Source: Mycobacterium tuberculosis H37Rv (GTDB lineage Bacteria > Actinomycetota > Actinomycetes > Mycobacteriales > Mycobacteriaceae). Taken from it: DNA of 32,000 bases. Location: assembly GCF_000195955.2 (NCBI RefSeq), contig NC_000962.3:2640001-2672000 (forward strand), in the 5' to 3' direction. Under the pieces are notes generated by a model. The model saw only the letters and a list, made by a program, of their open reading frames with translations, did not search any database and had not been told where the DNA came from. The translations under genes were made by a program, and so were the position numbers. Below, in pieces: positions 22,086-32,000 of this stretch (position 1 is its first letter; each line of letters opens with the position of its first letter).

Positions 22086-25000
22086 GACGCGGTCAGGGCC
22101 GACAGTTCGTCTGGGGAAAGCCCTGATGTGCTCATCGGCGCGTGATGCTTGTCGTCCGGCTCGGCCTCGACGTGAGGCTTGGCGTCGACCGCGGCGGCGA
22201 GCTCACACAAAACGGGATGCTCGAAAACCATCCGCGCGGTCAGCGGTATCCCGCCATCTCGAGCCCGGGCAGCCACCTGAGTCGCGAGGATGCTGTCGCC
22301 GCCGAGGTTGAAGAAGTCGTCGTAGCGTCCGACCTCCCCCACCTCGAGCACGTCGGCGAGGATGGCAGCCAGCGCGCGCTCGGTTTCGGTGTCGGCGGGC
22401 TCGGCCGGCACCGGTGCCGCCTGCGCCGTTGGCAGCCGTTCGATTTCGGCCAGCAGCTCCAGTTGGCCGTCGGCCTTCCACACTCCGCGCTCGCCGTTGC
22501 GGTAGAGCCGAGAACCCGGTTGCGCGGCGAACGGATCGGCAACGAATCGGGTCGCGGTCTCCGATGGCCGGGCCAACCGGGCACCGACGGCGGGACCGCC
22601 ACCGTAATAAACGTCACCCACCACGCCTACCGGAACGGGCTTAAGTGCGTCGTCAAGCAGGTACACCCGGGCCGTTCCGGCGCCCGCATTGGACCGGTCC
22701 AAAATGCGCCGTCTGGCTTGCGCGCTGACCATCTCGACCTCGCGCAGCGGTTGGTCCGGACGGTCGGCGAACGCCTCGACGACACGGACTAGCCAGTCGG
22801 CGAAGCGTTGTGCGGTGGCGCGCTCATACAACTCGGTGCGGTAGATGACGTGGCCGCGGTACTCGTCGCCGCAGGCGAAGAAGTTGACCGATAGATCGGC
22901 TTGCGCGGCATCGAATGTCGGCTCCAGCACGCGCAACGTGGTGTCACCGTCGGGCCCGGTGTCGATGACGTGGTCTTGCGGCATTTGTTCGCGAACGTGC
23001 ACAACAATGTCGAACAACGGATTGCGGGACAGCGACCGCTGGGGGTTGACCGCCTCCACCACCTGGTCGAACGGCAGGTCCTGATGTGCATACGCTGCCA
23101 GCGCCATCTGCCTGGTGCGCTGCAGCACCTCGCGCAGCGTGGGGTTCCCGCGCAGGTCGTTGCGCAACACCACGATGTTGATGAAGAACCCGATGAGCTG
23201 GTCCAGGTTGGCCTCGCTGCGACCGGCCACCGGGGCGCCGATGGGGACGTCTACCCCGCCGCCGGCCTTGTGTAACACCACCGCGACGGCGGCCTGTAGC
23301 AGCATGAACTCGGTGACACCGAGGTCTCGGCTCACGGCAGCCAATTTGTCGCGGATCGCGGCGCCGAGACGAAATTCGACCGCGTCACCGGCACCGCTGA
23401 GCAGGGCCGGGCGCGGGAAGTCCGGGCGCAGACCGGTTTCGCCTGCCAGGCCCCCCAGCTGGCGGATCCAGTAGTCGCGTTGCGGACCGACGATGCCCGC
23501 ACCGTCGTCGAGTAGCGCCGACTGCCACACGCTGTAGTCGGCGTACTGCACCGGCAGCGGTGCCCACGACGGCCGTTGTCCGGTGCTGCGGGCCCGGTAT
23601 GCGGTCAGCAGATCGGTGAACAACACCCCAGCCGACCAGTGGTCGCCGGCGATGTGATGCACCACCAGCGACAACACGGTCTGCTCCGGCGTGCTCAGCA
23701 GCGCCGCCCGGATCGGCCAGTCGGTTTCCAGGTCGAAAACGTAACCTCGCTCGTTGTTCAGTTCGGCTCGCAGCCACGCGGCGTCGGACCCGGCGGCGCA
23801 CCGCACCGGCACCTCGGCGGGCGGCTGGATGATCTGGTGTGGCACGCCGCCGATCTCGCGGTAGACGGTGCGCAGGATCTCGTGGCGTGCCACCACATCG
23901 GTGATGGCCGCCGCGAACGCGTTGGTGTCGCAGGGCCCATGCAATGCCGCGGCGAAGGGAATGTTGTTGACGGCGTTGGGCCCGTCGAAGCGATAGTTGA
24001 ACCAGCTACGCATTTGAGACGACGACAATCGCACTGGCCCGTCATGATCCACCCGGGTCAGCCGCGGCCTCGCCGAATCCGAATCCAACGTATCGATGTG
24101 TCCGGCCAACGCGGTCACCGTGGCGAATTCGAAGATCTCCCGCACACCGACATCGACGCCGAACGCGTTGCGCACGGCCGCAACGAGTTTGGTTGCCAGC
24201 AGCGAGTGACCGCCGAGGTCGAAGAACGAGTCGTCAGCACCCACTCGGTCGCGGCCGAGCAGCTCACCGAACAGTTGGGCAAGGCGCCGCTCGGTGGCGG
24301 TCTGCGGCGCGCGGAACTCGGTGTCCGACGCGATCTGCGGTTCCGGCAGCGCGGCGCGGTCGATTTTGCCATGCGCGGTGATCGGAATCTCATCCAGCAC
24401 AACATAGGCCGCGGGCAGCATATATTCAGGCAGTGCCGCGGCCACCCGGGCGCGGATGCGGTCGAGATCGACGCCGACATCGGCGGGTCCGTCGCCGCCC
24501 GCGGCGGGTGTCACGTAGCCCACCAGACTCTTGCCCAGCCGCGGCAGGTCGCTAACCACCACAACGGCCTGCCCGACCGTAGGGTCGACCGCGATGGCCG
24601 CTGCTACGTCACCGAGTTCGATTCGGAATCCGCGAATCTTGACCTGCTCGTCGGCACGGCCCACGAACTCGATGTCACCGTCAGCATTGCGGCGCGCCAG
24701 ATCCCCGGACCGGTACATGCGGGAACCGGGATTAAACGGGTCGGCAACGAATCGCTCCGCGGTCAGCCCGGCGCGGCGATGGTATCCGTATGCGACATGC
24801 GTCCCTCCAATATAGATCTCGCCGATCACACCGGTCGGCACCGGCTGCAACGAATCGTCGAGCAGGTGCATGGTGGTGTTGATCTTGGGCCGGCCGATGG
24901 GCACGATGCGGGTGCCCTGTGGGCCCACCACTTTAAACCGGCTGGCGTTGATCACGGTTTCGGTTGGACCGTAGAAGTTGTGCAGCAGCGCATCGAATGT

Positions 25001-27262
25001 CGCGTGGAACTTGTCGGCCACCTCACCGGGTAGCGGCTCCCCGCCGATGGGTACCCGCTGCAACGTCCGCCACTGGCTCACACCCGGCAGCGACAGGAAC
25101 AGCCCGAGTAGGGACGGCACGAAATGCATTGCCGTGATGCCCTCGTCGCGCAACAGGGCGGTGAGATATCCAATGTCGGTGAGTCCCCCGGGGCGTGGTA
25201 TCACCATCCGCGCGCCACAGGCCAGCGTGCCGAAGATCTCGGCGATCGAGACGTCGAAGCTGGGTGAGGCGACCTGCAGTAGCCGGTCGGTGTCGTCGAC
25301 GTCGTATTCGCCCTTGAACCAGACGAAGTACTCGGCGACGGGGCGGTGTGGCACCGCGACACCTTTGGGCAATCCGGTGGTACCGGACGTGTAGATGAGA
25401 TAGGCCGTGTTGTCTGGCCGTAGCGGCCGGATTCGATCGGCGTCGGTGGGGTCGTCGCTGCGGTATCCGGCCAGCTCACGTACTGGCGTGCGCAGCACCA
25501 GTTTCGCGTCGCAGTCGGCGAGGATGAAATCCAGCCGGTCTTGCGGGTAGCTGGGATCCACGGGCACATACACCGCCCCGGACTTGACCACCCCCAAGGC
25601 CGTGACGATCAGGTCCGGCGATTTGTCAAGAAGTACCGCGACCCGGTCTTCGCTGCCTATCCCCTGCTCGATCAGCCAGTGCCCCAACCGGTTCGACGCC
25701 TCATTGAGGTCGTGGTAGGTGAAGTGTTGGCCCTCATACACCACGGCGGTGGCGTCGGGAGTCCGCGTGGTCTGCTCGTTCACCAGGTCCACGAGGGTTT
25801 TGACAGGGGTATCGAACCGCTCGCCGCGCGACACCTCGCGCAGCCTGGCGGCGTCGCGCTCATCCATCAGCGCCAGCCCCGACAACGTGTTGTCGGGGGC
25901 GGCCAGCGCATTGTCGAGCAGCACACCGAAGTGTCGAAGCATCTGCTTGGCCAGGGCGGGTTCCAGGATCTCCACCAGGTGTTCGGCCTCGACCAGCACA
26001 CCCGCGCGGTCGAATTCGACCATGAAGCCCAACGGCAGCTGCGTGATGTTGCTGCGCAGGTCGTAGCGCTCGCACTCGATGCCTGGCGGGTTGAATCCGC
26101 CGCCGTCGGGCTCCCGGAAACCGAAGCTGACCCGGGTCATGCGCTCGGCACCGTGCCGGCGATCGGGGTTCAGTTCCCTTACCACGCGGTCGAGGTTGAT
26201 CCGTTGGTGTGCGAACGCCCCGCTGGCGATGTCGCGGGTGGCGGTCAGCAACTCCCGGAAACTCATCGCCGATTGCGGTCGCAGCCGCATCGCTACCGTG
26301 TTGCCGAAATAGCCGATGGCATCTTCGGTTCCGGCGCCACGGTTGAGCACCGGAGCCGCCACGAGGAAGTCGTCACTGTGGGTGTAGCGATGCACCAGGG
26401 CACCGAACGCGGCCAGCAGCACCATGTAGGGAGTGCAACCGGTGTTCTTCGCCATCGTGGCCACCCGCGCAGCGGTGTCGGCGGGCAGCCGCAACGTGGC
26501 GCGCGCGGCACGCCAACTGGTCGGCACACACGTTCCGGCTGGGCCGGGAAGTTCCAGCGGCTCTGGCGGATCGGCCATGATCGCGCGCCAATAGTTGAGG
26601 TCGGCCTCGGTAGTGTCGGGTCCGGATGCGGCCGACGGACGGTGTTCTGGCCCCAGATCGGCCCCTAGGTCAGCTCGCGAGTACGCCTGGGTGAGATCGG
26701 TGAAGAACACCCGCCACGAACCATCATCCCAGGCGATGTGGTGGGCCACCAACAGCAGCACGTGTTCGTCGGCAGCCGTGCGCACCACCGTGATTCGCAA
26801 TGGCGCGTCGCGGGAAAGCTCGAAGGGAGCGCAGAATTCGCGCTGAGCCAACACCTCCAGGCGCAGCCGCTGGGCGCGTTGGGACAGGTCCGTCAGGTCG
26901 TATTGTGTCCAGCCGGGGCGAAGATCCGCGTGCACGGTCGGCTGGGCGACTCCGTCGTCGCCGACAGGGTAGGTGGTACGCAGTATCCGATGGCGACGGG
27001 CGACGGCGTTGACTGCGTCGCGCAACCTGGCCAGATCGATGTCACCGGTGATGCGGTAGGACACACAGATGTTGAGTAACGCACCGCTGGGGTCGGCCAT
27101 CTGCACGAACCACATCCGGGCCTGGCCGTCGGAGAGCCGATCGTCAGTGTGCGGGCCAATGTCCTGCGCAGCCGAGGACAGGCCGCGGTCGGCGAGCCTG
27201 CGACGCAGCAGCTCCAATCGGGCCTCGTCGAGGCGGGCGCCGATGTCGGCGGTATTAGTCAC
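22067..27262 (-). CDS. mbtE: NRPS MbtE: C-A-PCP-C-(A remnant)-PCP
   Basis: GTG at 27262 ([16 protein letters not shown]...) gives an intact C1 motif [12 protein letters not shown]. Also [49 protein letters not shown] and [17 protein letters not shown]. The track start at 27430 would extend antisense-like sequence within mbtD. Confidence 0.93.
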   Translation of the reverse strand: MTNTADIGARLDEARLELLRRRLADRGLSSAAQDIGPHTDDRLSDGQARMWFVQMADPSGALLNICVSYRITGDIDLARLRDAVNAVARRHRILRTTYPVGDDGVAQPTVHADLRPGWTQYDLTDLSQRAQRLRLEVLAQREFCAPFELSRDAPLRITVVRTAADEHVLLLVAHHIAWDDGSWRVFFTDLTQAYSRADLGADLGPEHRPSAASGPDTTEADLNYWRAIMADPPEPLELPGPAGTCVPTSWRAARATLRLPADTAARVATMAKNTGCTPYMVLLAAFGALVHRYTHSDDFLVAAPVLNRGAGTEDAIGYFGNTVAMRLRPQSAMSFRELLTATRDIASGAFAHQRINLDRVVRELNPDRRHGAERMTRVSFGFREPDGGGFNPPGIECERYDLRSNITQLPLGFMVEFDRAGVLVEAEHLVEILEPALAKQMLRHFGVLLDNALAAPDNTLSGLALMDERDAARLREVSRGERFDTPVKTLVDLVNEQTTRTPDATAVVYEGQHFTYHDLNEASNRLGHWLIEQGIGSEDRVAVLLDKSPDLIVTALGVVKSGAVYVPVDPSYPQDRLDFILADCDAKLVLRTPVRELAGYRSDDPTDADRIRPLRPDNTAYLIYTSGTTGLPKGVAVPHRPVAEYFVWFKGEYDVDDTDRLLQVASPSFDVSIAEIFGTLACGARMVIPRPGGLTDIGYLTALLRDEGITAMHFVPSLLGLFLSLPGVSQWRTLQRVPIGGEPLPGEVADKFHATFDALLHNFYGPTETVINASRFKVVGPQGTRIVPIGRPKINTTMHLLDDSLQPVPTGVIGEIYIGGTHVAYGYHRRAGLTAERFVADPFNPGSRMYRSGDLARRNADGDIEFVGRADEQVKIRGFRIELGDVAAAIAVDPTVGQAVVVVSDLPRLGKSLVGYVTPAAGGDGPADVGVDLDRIRARVAAALPEYMLPAAYVVLDEIPITAHGKIDRAALPEPQIASDTEFRAPQTATERRLAQLFGELLGRDRVGADDSFFDLGGHSLLATKLVAAVRNAFGVDVGVREIFEFATVTALAGHIDTLDSDSARPRLTRVDHDGPVRLSSSQMRSWFNYRFDGPNAVNNIPFAAALHGPCDTNAFAAAITDVVARHEILRTVYREIGGVPHQIIQPPAEVPVRCAAGSDAAWLRAELNNERGYVFDLETDWPIRAALLSTPEQTVLSLVVHHIAGDHWSAGVLFTDLLTAYRARSTGQRPSWAPLPVQYADYSVWQSALLDDGAGIVGPQRDYWIRQLGGLAGETGLRPDFPRPALLSGAGDAVEFRLGAAIRDKLAAVSRDLGVTEFMLLQAAVAVVLHKAGGGVDVPIGAPVAGRSEANLDQLIGFFINIVVLRNDLRGNPTLREVLQRTRQMALAAYAHQDLPFDQVVEAVNPQRSLSRNPLFDIVVHVREQMPQDHVIDTGPDGDTTLRVLEPTFDAAQADLSVNFFACGDEYRGHVIYRTELYERATAQRFADWLVRVVEAFADRPDQPLREVEMVSAQARRRILDRSNAGAGTARVYLLDDALKPVPVGVVGDVYYGGGPAVGARLARPSETATRFVADPFAAQPGSRLYRNGERGVWKADGQLELLAEIERLPTAQAAPVPAEPADTETERALAAILADVLEVGEVGRYDDFFNLGGDSILATQVAARARDGGIPLTARMVFEHPVLCELAAAVDAKPHVEAEPDDKHHAPMSTSGLSPDELSALTASWDQWP

Positions 27263-30200
27263 GCGAAATGTCCACTTTCTGTGCGGTGTGTGAGCGCTCG
27301 TCGGCATCTTCGAGTTTCGCGACAAGTCCATCACCGGTGATGTCGCCCATGAGCGTGGCCAGCGACACCGTCGCGCCGATTGATCGTTTGAGTCGGTTAC
27401 GCAAGTCCAGTGCCAGCATGGAATCGACACCGAGATCGAACAGCGATTCCTGCAGGTTCACCTCGCCGGCCTGCGGGATCCCGAGCACGGCCGCCAATTG
27501 GGTGCGCACCGCGTCCACGATCGTCAGGTTGGGGTCGGTTGGACCCTCGTACCGTTCGAATTGCCTGCTGTCCAACAACATCTGCAACCGGGCCGCGTCG
27601 GCGGCGAACACTAGCGGGTCGACAGTGAATTCGTGCAGGCTCGCCTCGATCGCCTGCTGGGGCGCCATCTGGCGGAGTCCAGACCGCTCGACGCGGGCGA
27701 TCGTAACCGCATCCGCGATTCCCCGAGCTGGTTCGCCGGCCTTGGGGGCCTGCCATAGGCCCCATTTCACCGCCACGCAGTGCCTGCCCTGGGCGCGCAG
27801 CTGGGCGGCCATCACGTCGAGCAGCCGGTTGGCCGCCGAGTACGCGACCACCCCGTGTCCACCCCACACCCCCATCACCGAGGAACACAGCAGGGTTCGC
27901 ACATCCGGGCGCAGCGGCCACAGCTCGATCATCTGGGCCAGGCCGAGCACCTTGGCCGCGAAGTTGTCAACGACGGCGGCCGACGTCACCCCCGGTGCGG
28001 TACCAGAGATCACGCTGCCTGCCGCGTGCACGATCAACGAGGCGCCGACGCCACCGTATTCGGCTGCAATCGCTGACAACTGGGTGGGATCGGTGATATC
28101 GCACGGCGGCGACACGATCACGGTGCCATGTTGCTTTCTGAGCATGGCCACCGTCGCCTGATCCGCGGCGCGCCGGCTGAGCAGCACGATGCGCCGTGCG
28201 CCATGCTCGGCGAGATACCGCGCGTAGTGCATCCCGATGGCACCCGCGCCACCGGTGACGACGACATCGTCGAGCACGCCGGAGTCCAACGACCAGTTCG
28301 GGACGGCCGGGGCATCGGCGAGGGTTCGCTCGAACAGCGTGTACCCGTTTACCGAGCCGCGTAGCGCGGTCTCACCGAAGCCCCGCAGTACCGCCGTTAT
28401 GACCGAGACGCCGAGGACCGGGTCCAAGTCCCACGACGGCAAGTCCAGGTGGCTGAAAGTCTGTTCGGGATGCTCGAATCCGATGCTTCGATGCATCGCG
28501 GCCAGCGCGGCCTGGCCGGCCGACGGCACCGCGTCCGCTGCGTCGACCTGCTCGGCGCCGACGGTGACCAGACATACCGATTGGCAACGGGCACCGATAT
28601 GCATCGGATAGTCCAGCAAACCGGCCCCGACGAGGTCGGCGAGTGCACCGGCGGCCCGGACGGCGTCGGTGTGTTCGAAGTCGGGCGCGATCACCAGGAT
28701 CAACTCGGCGTCCCGCGCAGCACTCAGCTCGGTATCGGGGTGCGAATCAATTGCTGCGCACAGTGTTTGAGCCAGCGCGCGGTGAGCACCGAGATCGAGC
28801 ACTGCGAGGTGACGGTGCCGCCCAGCGACCGGTGTCGACGGCACCATCCGTTCCCACCGCTCAACCGCAATGGTCAGTCCGGACACCGGCGGCAGCGGTT
28901 CGGGGTGCGCCCACATCGGCACCGCACGCATCGGCGCGTTCGGGAACCCGGACAGATCGACGTCGCCGTCGAGTGGGTCACCGCCCAGGTCACCCCACGG
29001 GTAGCCAGGGTCAGCGACCGCCGCGCTAACAATATTCGCCGACAACGCATCAACAAACCGCTCGCCACGACGTGCCGACCCGACCAGCACAGCGGGACCG
29101 TCCGGCAGGTTGGCGGCGCCCTCACAGTTCTGACCGATCGCAAACAACAGCGCGGGATGGGCCGATATCTCGATGAACGCCCGTGCTCCACAGCGGATTG
29201 CCGATTCGACAGCGCGGTCGAAACGCACCGTATGGCGCAGGTTTGCGTACCAGTAGTCGCCGAAAGTGGTGCCTGGCGCCACCACGTCGCCGGTGGTTCC
29301 GCCGATGAATTGCACTGGCGCTTCCATAAATTCGGAGTCAGGCAGCTGCTCGCATAATTCATCGCGGAGCGATTCGAGCACGCTGGTATGCACCGGGAAG
29401 CCCACGGTGATCCCGCGGGCGAAGTGACCGCTGGACCGGACTGTGTCAACGATGGCCGCTACCGCTTGGCGCTCACCGGACACGGCGACGGTCGAGGAGG
29501 CATTGACCACAGACAGTTCCAGCCAGCCGCCGGTGGTCGCGATCAGCGCGCTCGCGTCCTGTTCACCGATGCCCAGCGCCGCCACCGCATAGCGACCAGG
29601 CAAGCGGCCCACCACGTTGGCGCGGGCCGCCACCACGGCCACAGCATCCGACAAGGTGATACTTCCTGCGAGATAGGCCGCCGCTACTTCGCCGAGGCTA
29701 TGACCGACTGTTAGATCGGGCAGCACACCGCAGGAACGCCATACCTCCGCCAGCGCAACGGCATGGACGAACTGCGCGCCTTCGATCTCGATCTCGCAGA
29801 ACGCTTGCCGCTCATCGGTTCCGGGCGGGGCGATCAGGTATGGCAGCGGCGAGTCGACACCAGCGGCCGCAAATGCGGCGGCGCACGTGTCGGTCGCGGT
29901 CCGATAGGTCGGCAGCTCGCGGTAGGCGACGGCGCCCATGCCCGGCCAATGACCACCCTGGCCGGGAAAGACGAACGCCTGGCGCGGGGCCGAGCCCAAC
30001 GACGACCGCGCGATGAGCGGATGCTCGCGTCCGGCGGCCAGCGCGCGCAAGCCCTCGGCGAGTTCCAGCCGGTCGGCGGCCCGAAGCACCGCCCGATGCC
30101 GACGGACCCGTCGGGTCTTGCGCAGCTGCCGAGCCACTTCGGTCACGGTCGTAGCCGGAAAGCGCTCGAGGTAGTCGGCGATGGCCCGAGCGTCCGGCCC

Positions 30201-30269
30201 GATCAGTTCCTCGGCATGGGCGCTGAGCAAAACCGCAACCCGCCCATCGGGCAGCTGTTTGGGGGCCAT
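27255..30269 (-). CDS. mbtD: Polyketide synthase MbtD: AT-KR-ACP
   Basis: 1004 aa from ATG 30269. [14 protein letters not shown]...[11 protein letters not shown]; [32 protein letters not shown]...[12 protein letters not shown]; [21 protein letters not shown]. Confidence 0.96.
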   Translation of the reverse strand: MAPKQLPDGRVAVLLSAHAEELIGPDARAIADYLERFPATTVTEVARQLRKTRRVRRHRAVLRAADRLELAEGLRALAAGREHPLIARSSLGSAPRQAFVFPGQGGHWPGMGAVAYRELPTYRTATDTCAAAFAAAGVDSPLPYLIAPPGTDERQAFCEIEIEGAQFVHAVALAEVWRSCGVLPDLTVGHSLGEVAAAYLAGSITLSDAVAVVAARANVVGRLPGRYAVAALGIGEQDASALIATTGGWLELSVVNASSTVAVSGERQAVAAIVDTVRSSGHFARGITVGFPVHTSVLESLRDELCEQLPDSEFMEAPVQFIGGTTGDVVAPGTTFGDYWYANLRHTVRFDRAVESAIRCGARAFIEISAHPALLFAIGQNCEGAANLPDGPAVLVGSARRGERFVDALSANIVSAAVADPGYPWGDLGGDPLDGDVDLSGFPNAPMRAVPMWAHPEPLPPVSGLTIAVERWERMVPSTPVAGRHRHLAVLDLGAHRALAQTLCAAIDSHPDTELSAARDAELILVIAPDFEHTDAVRAAGALADLVGAGLLDYPMHIGARCQSVCLVTVGAEQVDAADAVPSAGQAALAAMHRSIGFEHPEQTFSHLDLPSWDLDPVLGVSVITAVLRGFGETALRGSVNGYTLFERTLADAPAVPNWSLDSGVLDDVVVTGGAGAIGMHYARYLAEHGARRIVLLSRRAADQATVAMLRKQHGTVIVSPPCDITDPTQLSAIAAEYGGVGASLIVHAAGSVISGTAPGVTSAAVVDNFAAKVLGLAQMIELWPLRPDVRTLLCSSVMGVWGGHGVVAYSAANRLLDVMAAQLRAQGRHCVAVKWGLWQAPKAGEPARGIADAVTIARVERSGLRQMAPQQAIEASLHEFTVDPLVFAADAARLQMLLDSRQFERYEGPTDPNLTIVDAVRTQLAAVLGIPQAGEVNLQESLFDLGVDSMLALDLRNRLKRSIGATVSLATLMGDITGDGLVAKLEDADERSHTAQKVDISRD

Positions 30270-31603
30270 CACACCTCCCCACACTCGGGGCCACGCTCGG
30301 GCGCGGAAACGGTGTCCGGCATCGAAACGATCACGTGGCTATTGGTACCGCTCATCCCGAACGCGGACACCGCCGCGGTGCGCCATCCGTCAACGGCCCG
30401 CCACGGCGTGAGTTTGTCGGCCAGCCGCAGACCCTGTTTCTCCCAATCGATTTCGCGGCTGGGCTCGTCGACGTGCAGTGTCGGCGGGATCGCGGCGTGC
30501 TGGGCGGCCAGAATGACCTTCACAAGGCCCAGCCCGCCCGCCGCCGCCTGAGCATGCCCGATGTTTGACTTGACCGATCCCAACAGCGGCCCGCGTCCGG
30601 CCGGGGCGGTGCCGTAGCTGGCTGCCAGTGACCGCAATTCGGTGCGATCGCCGAGCCGGGTCGCGGTGCCGTGCCCTTCGACCATCCCGACATCGGCGGG
30701 CACAACTGCTGCCTGCGCGATGGCGCGCCGGAGCAGTCGCGTTTGCGCGTCGCCGCTGGGCGCGGTCAGCCCGTCGCTAAGTCCATCGGAGTTCAGGCAA
30801 CTGGCACGCACCTCGGCGAGGACACGACGCCGGTCAGCGGTTGCCCGCGACCGGCGCTGCAGGAGGAACATGGCGGCGCCCTCTGCCCAGGCGGTTCCGC
30901 TGGCGTGCGCGCTGTAGGGCCGGCAGTGGCCGTCGTCGGATAGCGCGTGCTGCTTGGAGAACTCGACGAAATAGCCGGGCGTACCCATCACGCACACGCC
31001 GCCGGCGAGTGCCAGGTCGCAGTCGCCGGCCCGGATAGCTTGAACCGCGGTGTGAAAGGCCGCCAGCGCCGACGAACACGAGGTATCGACGGTCAGCGCC
31101 GGCCCGGCCAGGTCAAGGGTGTAGGCGATGCGCCCGGAGATGACACCCAGCGACGTCCCGGTGATCAGATGGCCACTGTGGTGGGAGAATTCGGTCAAAG
31201 CGGGACCGTATTCGAGCGCCGAGGCACCGACATAACAGCCCACATCGTGACCGGCCAGGTCATCGGGATTGATCCCGCTGTTCTCCAGGGTGCGCCATGC
31301 TACTCGCAGCCCCACCCGCTGCTGCGGGTCCATCGCCGTCGCCTCGCGCGGTGAGATGCGGAAGAACTCAGGATCGAATGTAGTTGCGCTGGAAAGGAAT
31401 CCGCCAAGGTTGTGGATCGGTTTGAATCCGTTTCGACGCGACCCGTCGAACAGCTCGCGAAGTGCCCAACCTCGATCGGTGGGGAACGGTCCGAGTCCCT
31501 CGCGCTGTTCGGAGAGCAGTGTCCAGTAGTCGTCGGCGGTTTCGACACCACCGGGTGCCTCGATGGCCAGCCCGACGATGACGACCGGGTCGTTATCGGA
31601 CAT
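30269..31603 (-). CDS. mbtC: Polyketide synthase MbtC: stand-alone ketosynthase
   Basis: 444 aa from ATG 31603. DPQQRVGLRVAWRTLENSG, VDTSCSSALAAFHTAVQAI, VEGHGTATRLGD, SVKSNIGHAQAAAG. TGATG junction with mbtD. Confidence 0.96.
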   Translation of the reverse strand: MSDNDPVVIVGLAIEAPGGVETADDYWTLLSEQREGLGPFPTDRGWALRELFDGSRRNGFKPIHNLGGFLSSATTFDPEFFRISPREATAMDPQQRVGLRVAWRTLENSGINPDDLAGHDVGCYVGASALEYGPALTEFSHHSGHLITGTSLGVISGRIAYTLDLAGPALTVDTSCSSALAAFHTAVQAIRAGDCDLALAGGVCVMGTPGYFVEFSKQHALSDDGHCRPYSAHASGTAWAEGAAMFLLQRRSRATADRRRVLAEVRASCLNSDGLSDGLTAPSGDAQTRLLRRAIAQAAVVPADVGMVEGHGTATRLGDRTELRSLAASYGTAPAGRGPLLGSVKSNIGHAQAAAGGLGLVKVILAAQHAAIPPTLHVDEPSREIDWEKQGLRLADKLTPWRAVDGWRTAAVSAFGMSGTNSHVIVSMPDTVSAPERGPECGEV

Positions 31604-32000
31604 CGGCACTCACCATCCGGGCCACGGCGTCGAGGTGATCGTTGAGATAGAAGTGACCACCATCAAAGTGCGACAGCGTGAAGCGACCGGAGGTGTGAGT
31701 CTCCCAACTGGTCAACATCTCCCGGCTGATGCGGTGGTCGCGGTTGCCGCCGACCGCGTGGATGTTGGCGCGGATGCGCACGTCGGGTGGACATGAATAG
31801 CCGCTGAGGGCCCGATAGTCGGCCTTGACCGCCGGCACCAGCAGTTCAACGAATTCCTCGTCCTCGAGCAGCACGGGATCGGTGCCGCCAAGATCCACCA
31901 TGTCGGCCAGGACGTCACGGTCGGCGGTCGGCAACGGTCCGGACGCGGCCACCGTCGACGGAGCCTGACCGGAGGAAGCCCACAGTGCACGTACCGGCAC
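31593..32000 (-). CDS. mbtB: NRPS MbtB, C-terminal (thioesterase) end only, continues past the right edge
   Basis: Reverse frame open to the window edge, ending ...VWASSGQ...FVELLVPAVKADYRALSGYSCPPDVRIRANIHAVGGNRDHRI...LSHFDGGHFYLNDH, a thioesterase C-terminus with the catalytic-His context GGHFYL. Overlaps the mbtC start by 11 nt. Confidence 0.93.
   Translation of the reverse strand: MPVRALWASSGQAPSTVAASGPLPTADRDVLADMVDLGGTDPVLLEDEEFVELLVPAVKADYRALSGYSCPPDVRIRANIHAVGGNRDHRISREMLTSWETHTSGRFTLSHFDGGHFYLNDHLDAVARMVSADVR

Noticed and set aside
23576-25033. 485-aa plus-strand ORF antisense to mbtE
   Set aside because: Same artifact: it lies opposite the A, PCP and C domains of MbtE and has no recognizable family.

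Overview
From recalled family and protein sequences, this window matches the Mycobacterium tuberculosis complex chromosome from glyS (Rv2357c) to mbtB (Rv2383c). I could not run a database comparison. It is gene-dense, high-GC core genome. In order it contains the glyS 5' part; a divergent zinc-responsive smtB-furB(zur) pair; a minus-strand housekeeping run (Rv2360c, uppS, recO) facing plus-strand amiA2; era, Rv2365c, a CorC-like CBS protein, ybeY and phoH1; a PucR-type regulator; a tiny PE/PGRS relic; rsmE, dnaJ2 and hrcA; small ORF Rv2375; secreted antigen cfp2; and most of the mycobactin siderophore locus (mbtH-G-F-E-D-C and the 3' end of mbtB). I see no CRISPR array, no RNA gene, no intact transposon and no convincing new defence or mobile system. 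The observations most worth a second look are inside known genes. They are a vestigial adenylation-domain stub in MbtE, a C-terminal epimerization-like domain in MbtF that appears to have lost its catalytic His, a supported upstream start for mbtE, a cytidine-deaminase-like ORF (Rv2365c) with its zinc/catalytic residues missing, a strong palindrome upstream of smtB, and residual PGRS coding sequence downstream of the truncated PE ORF.
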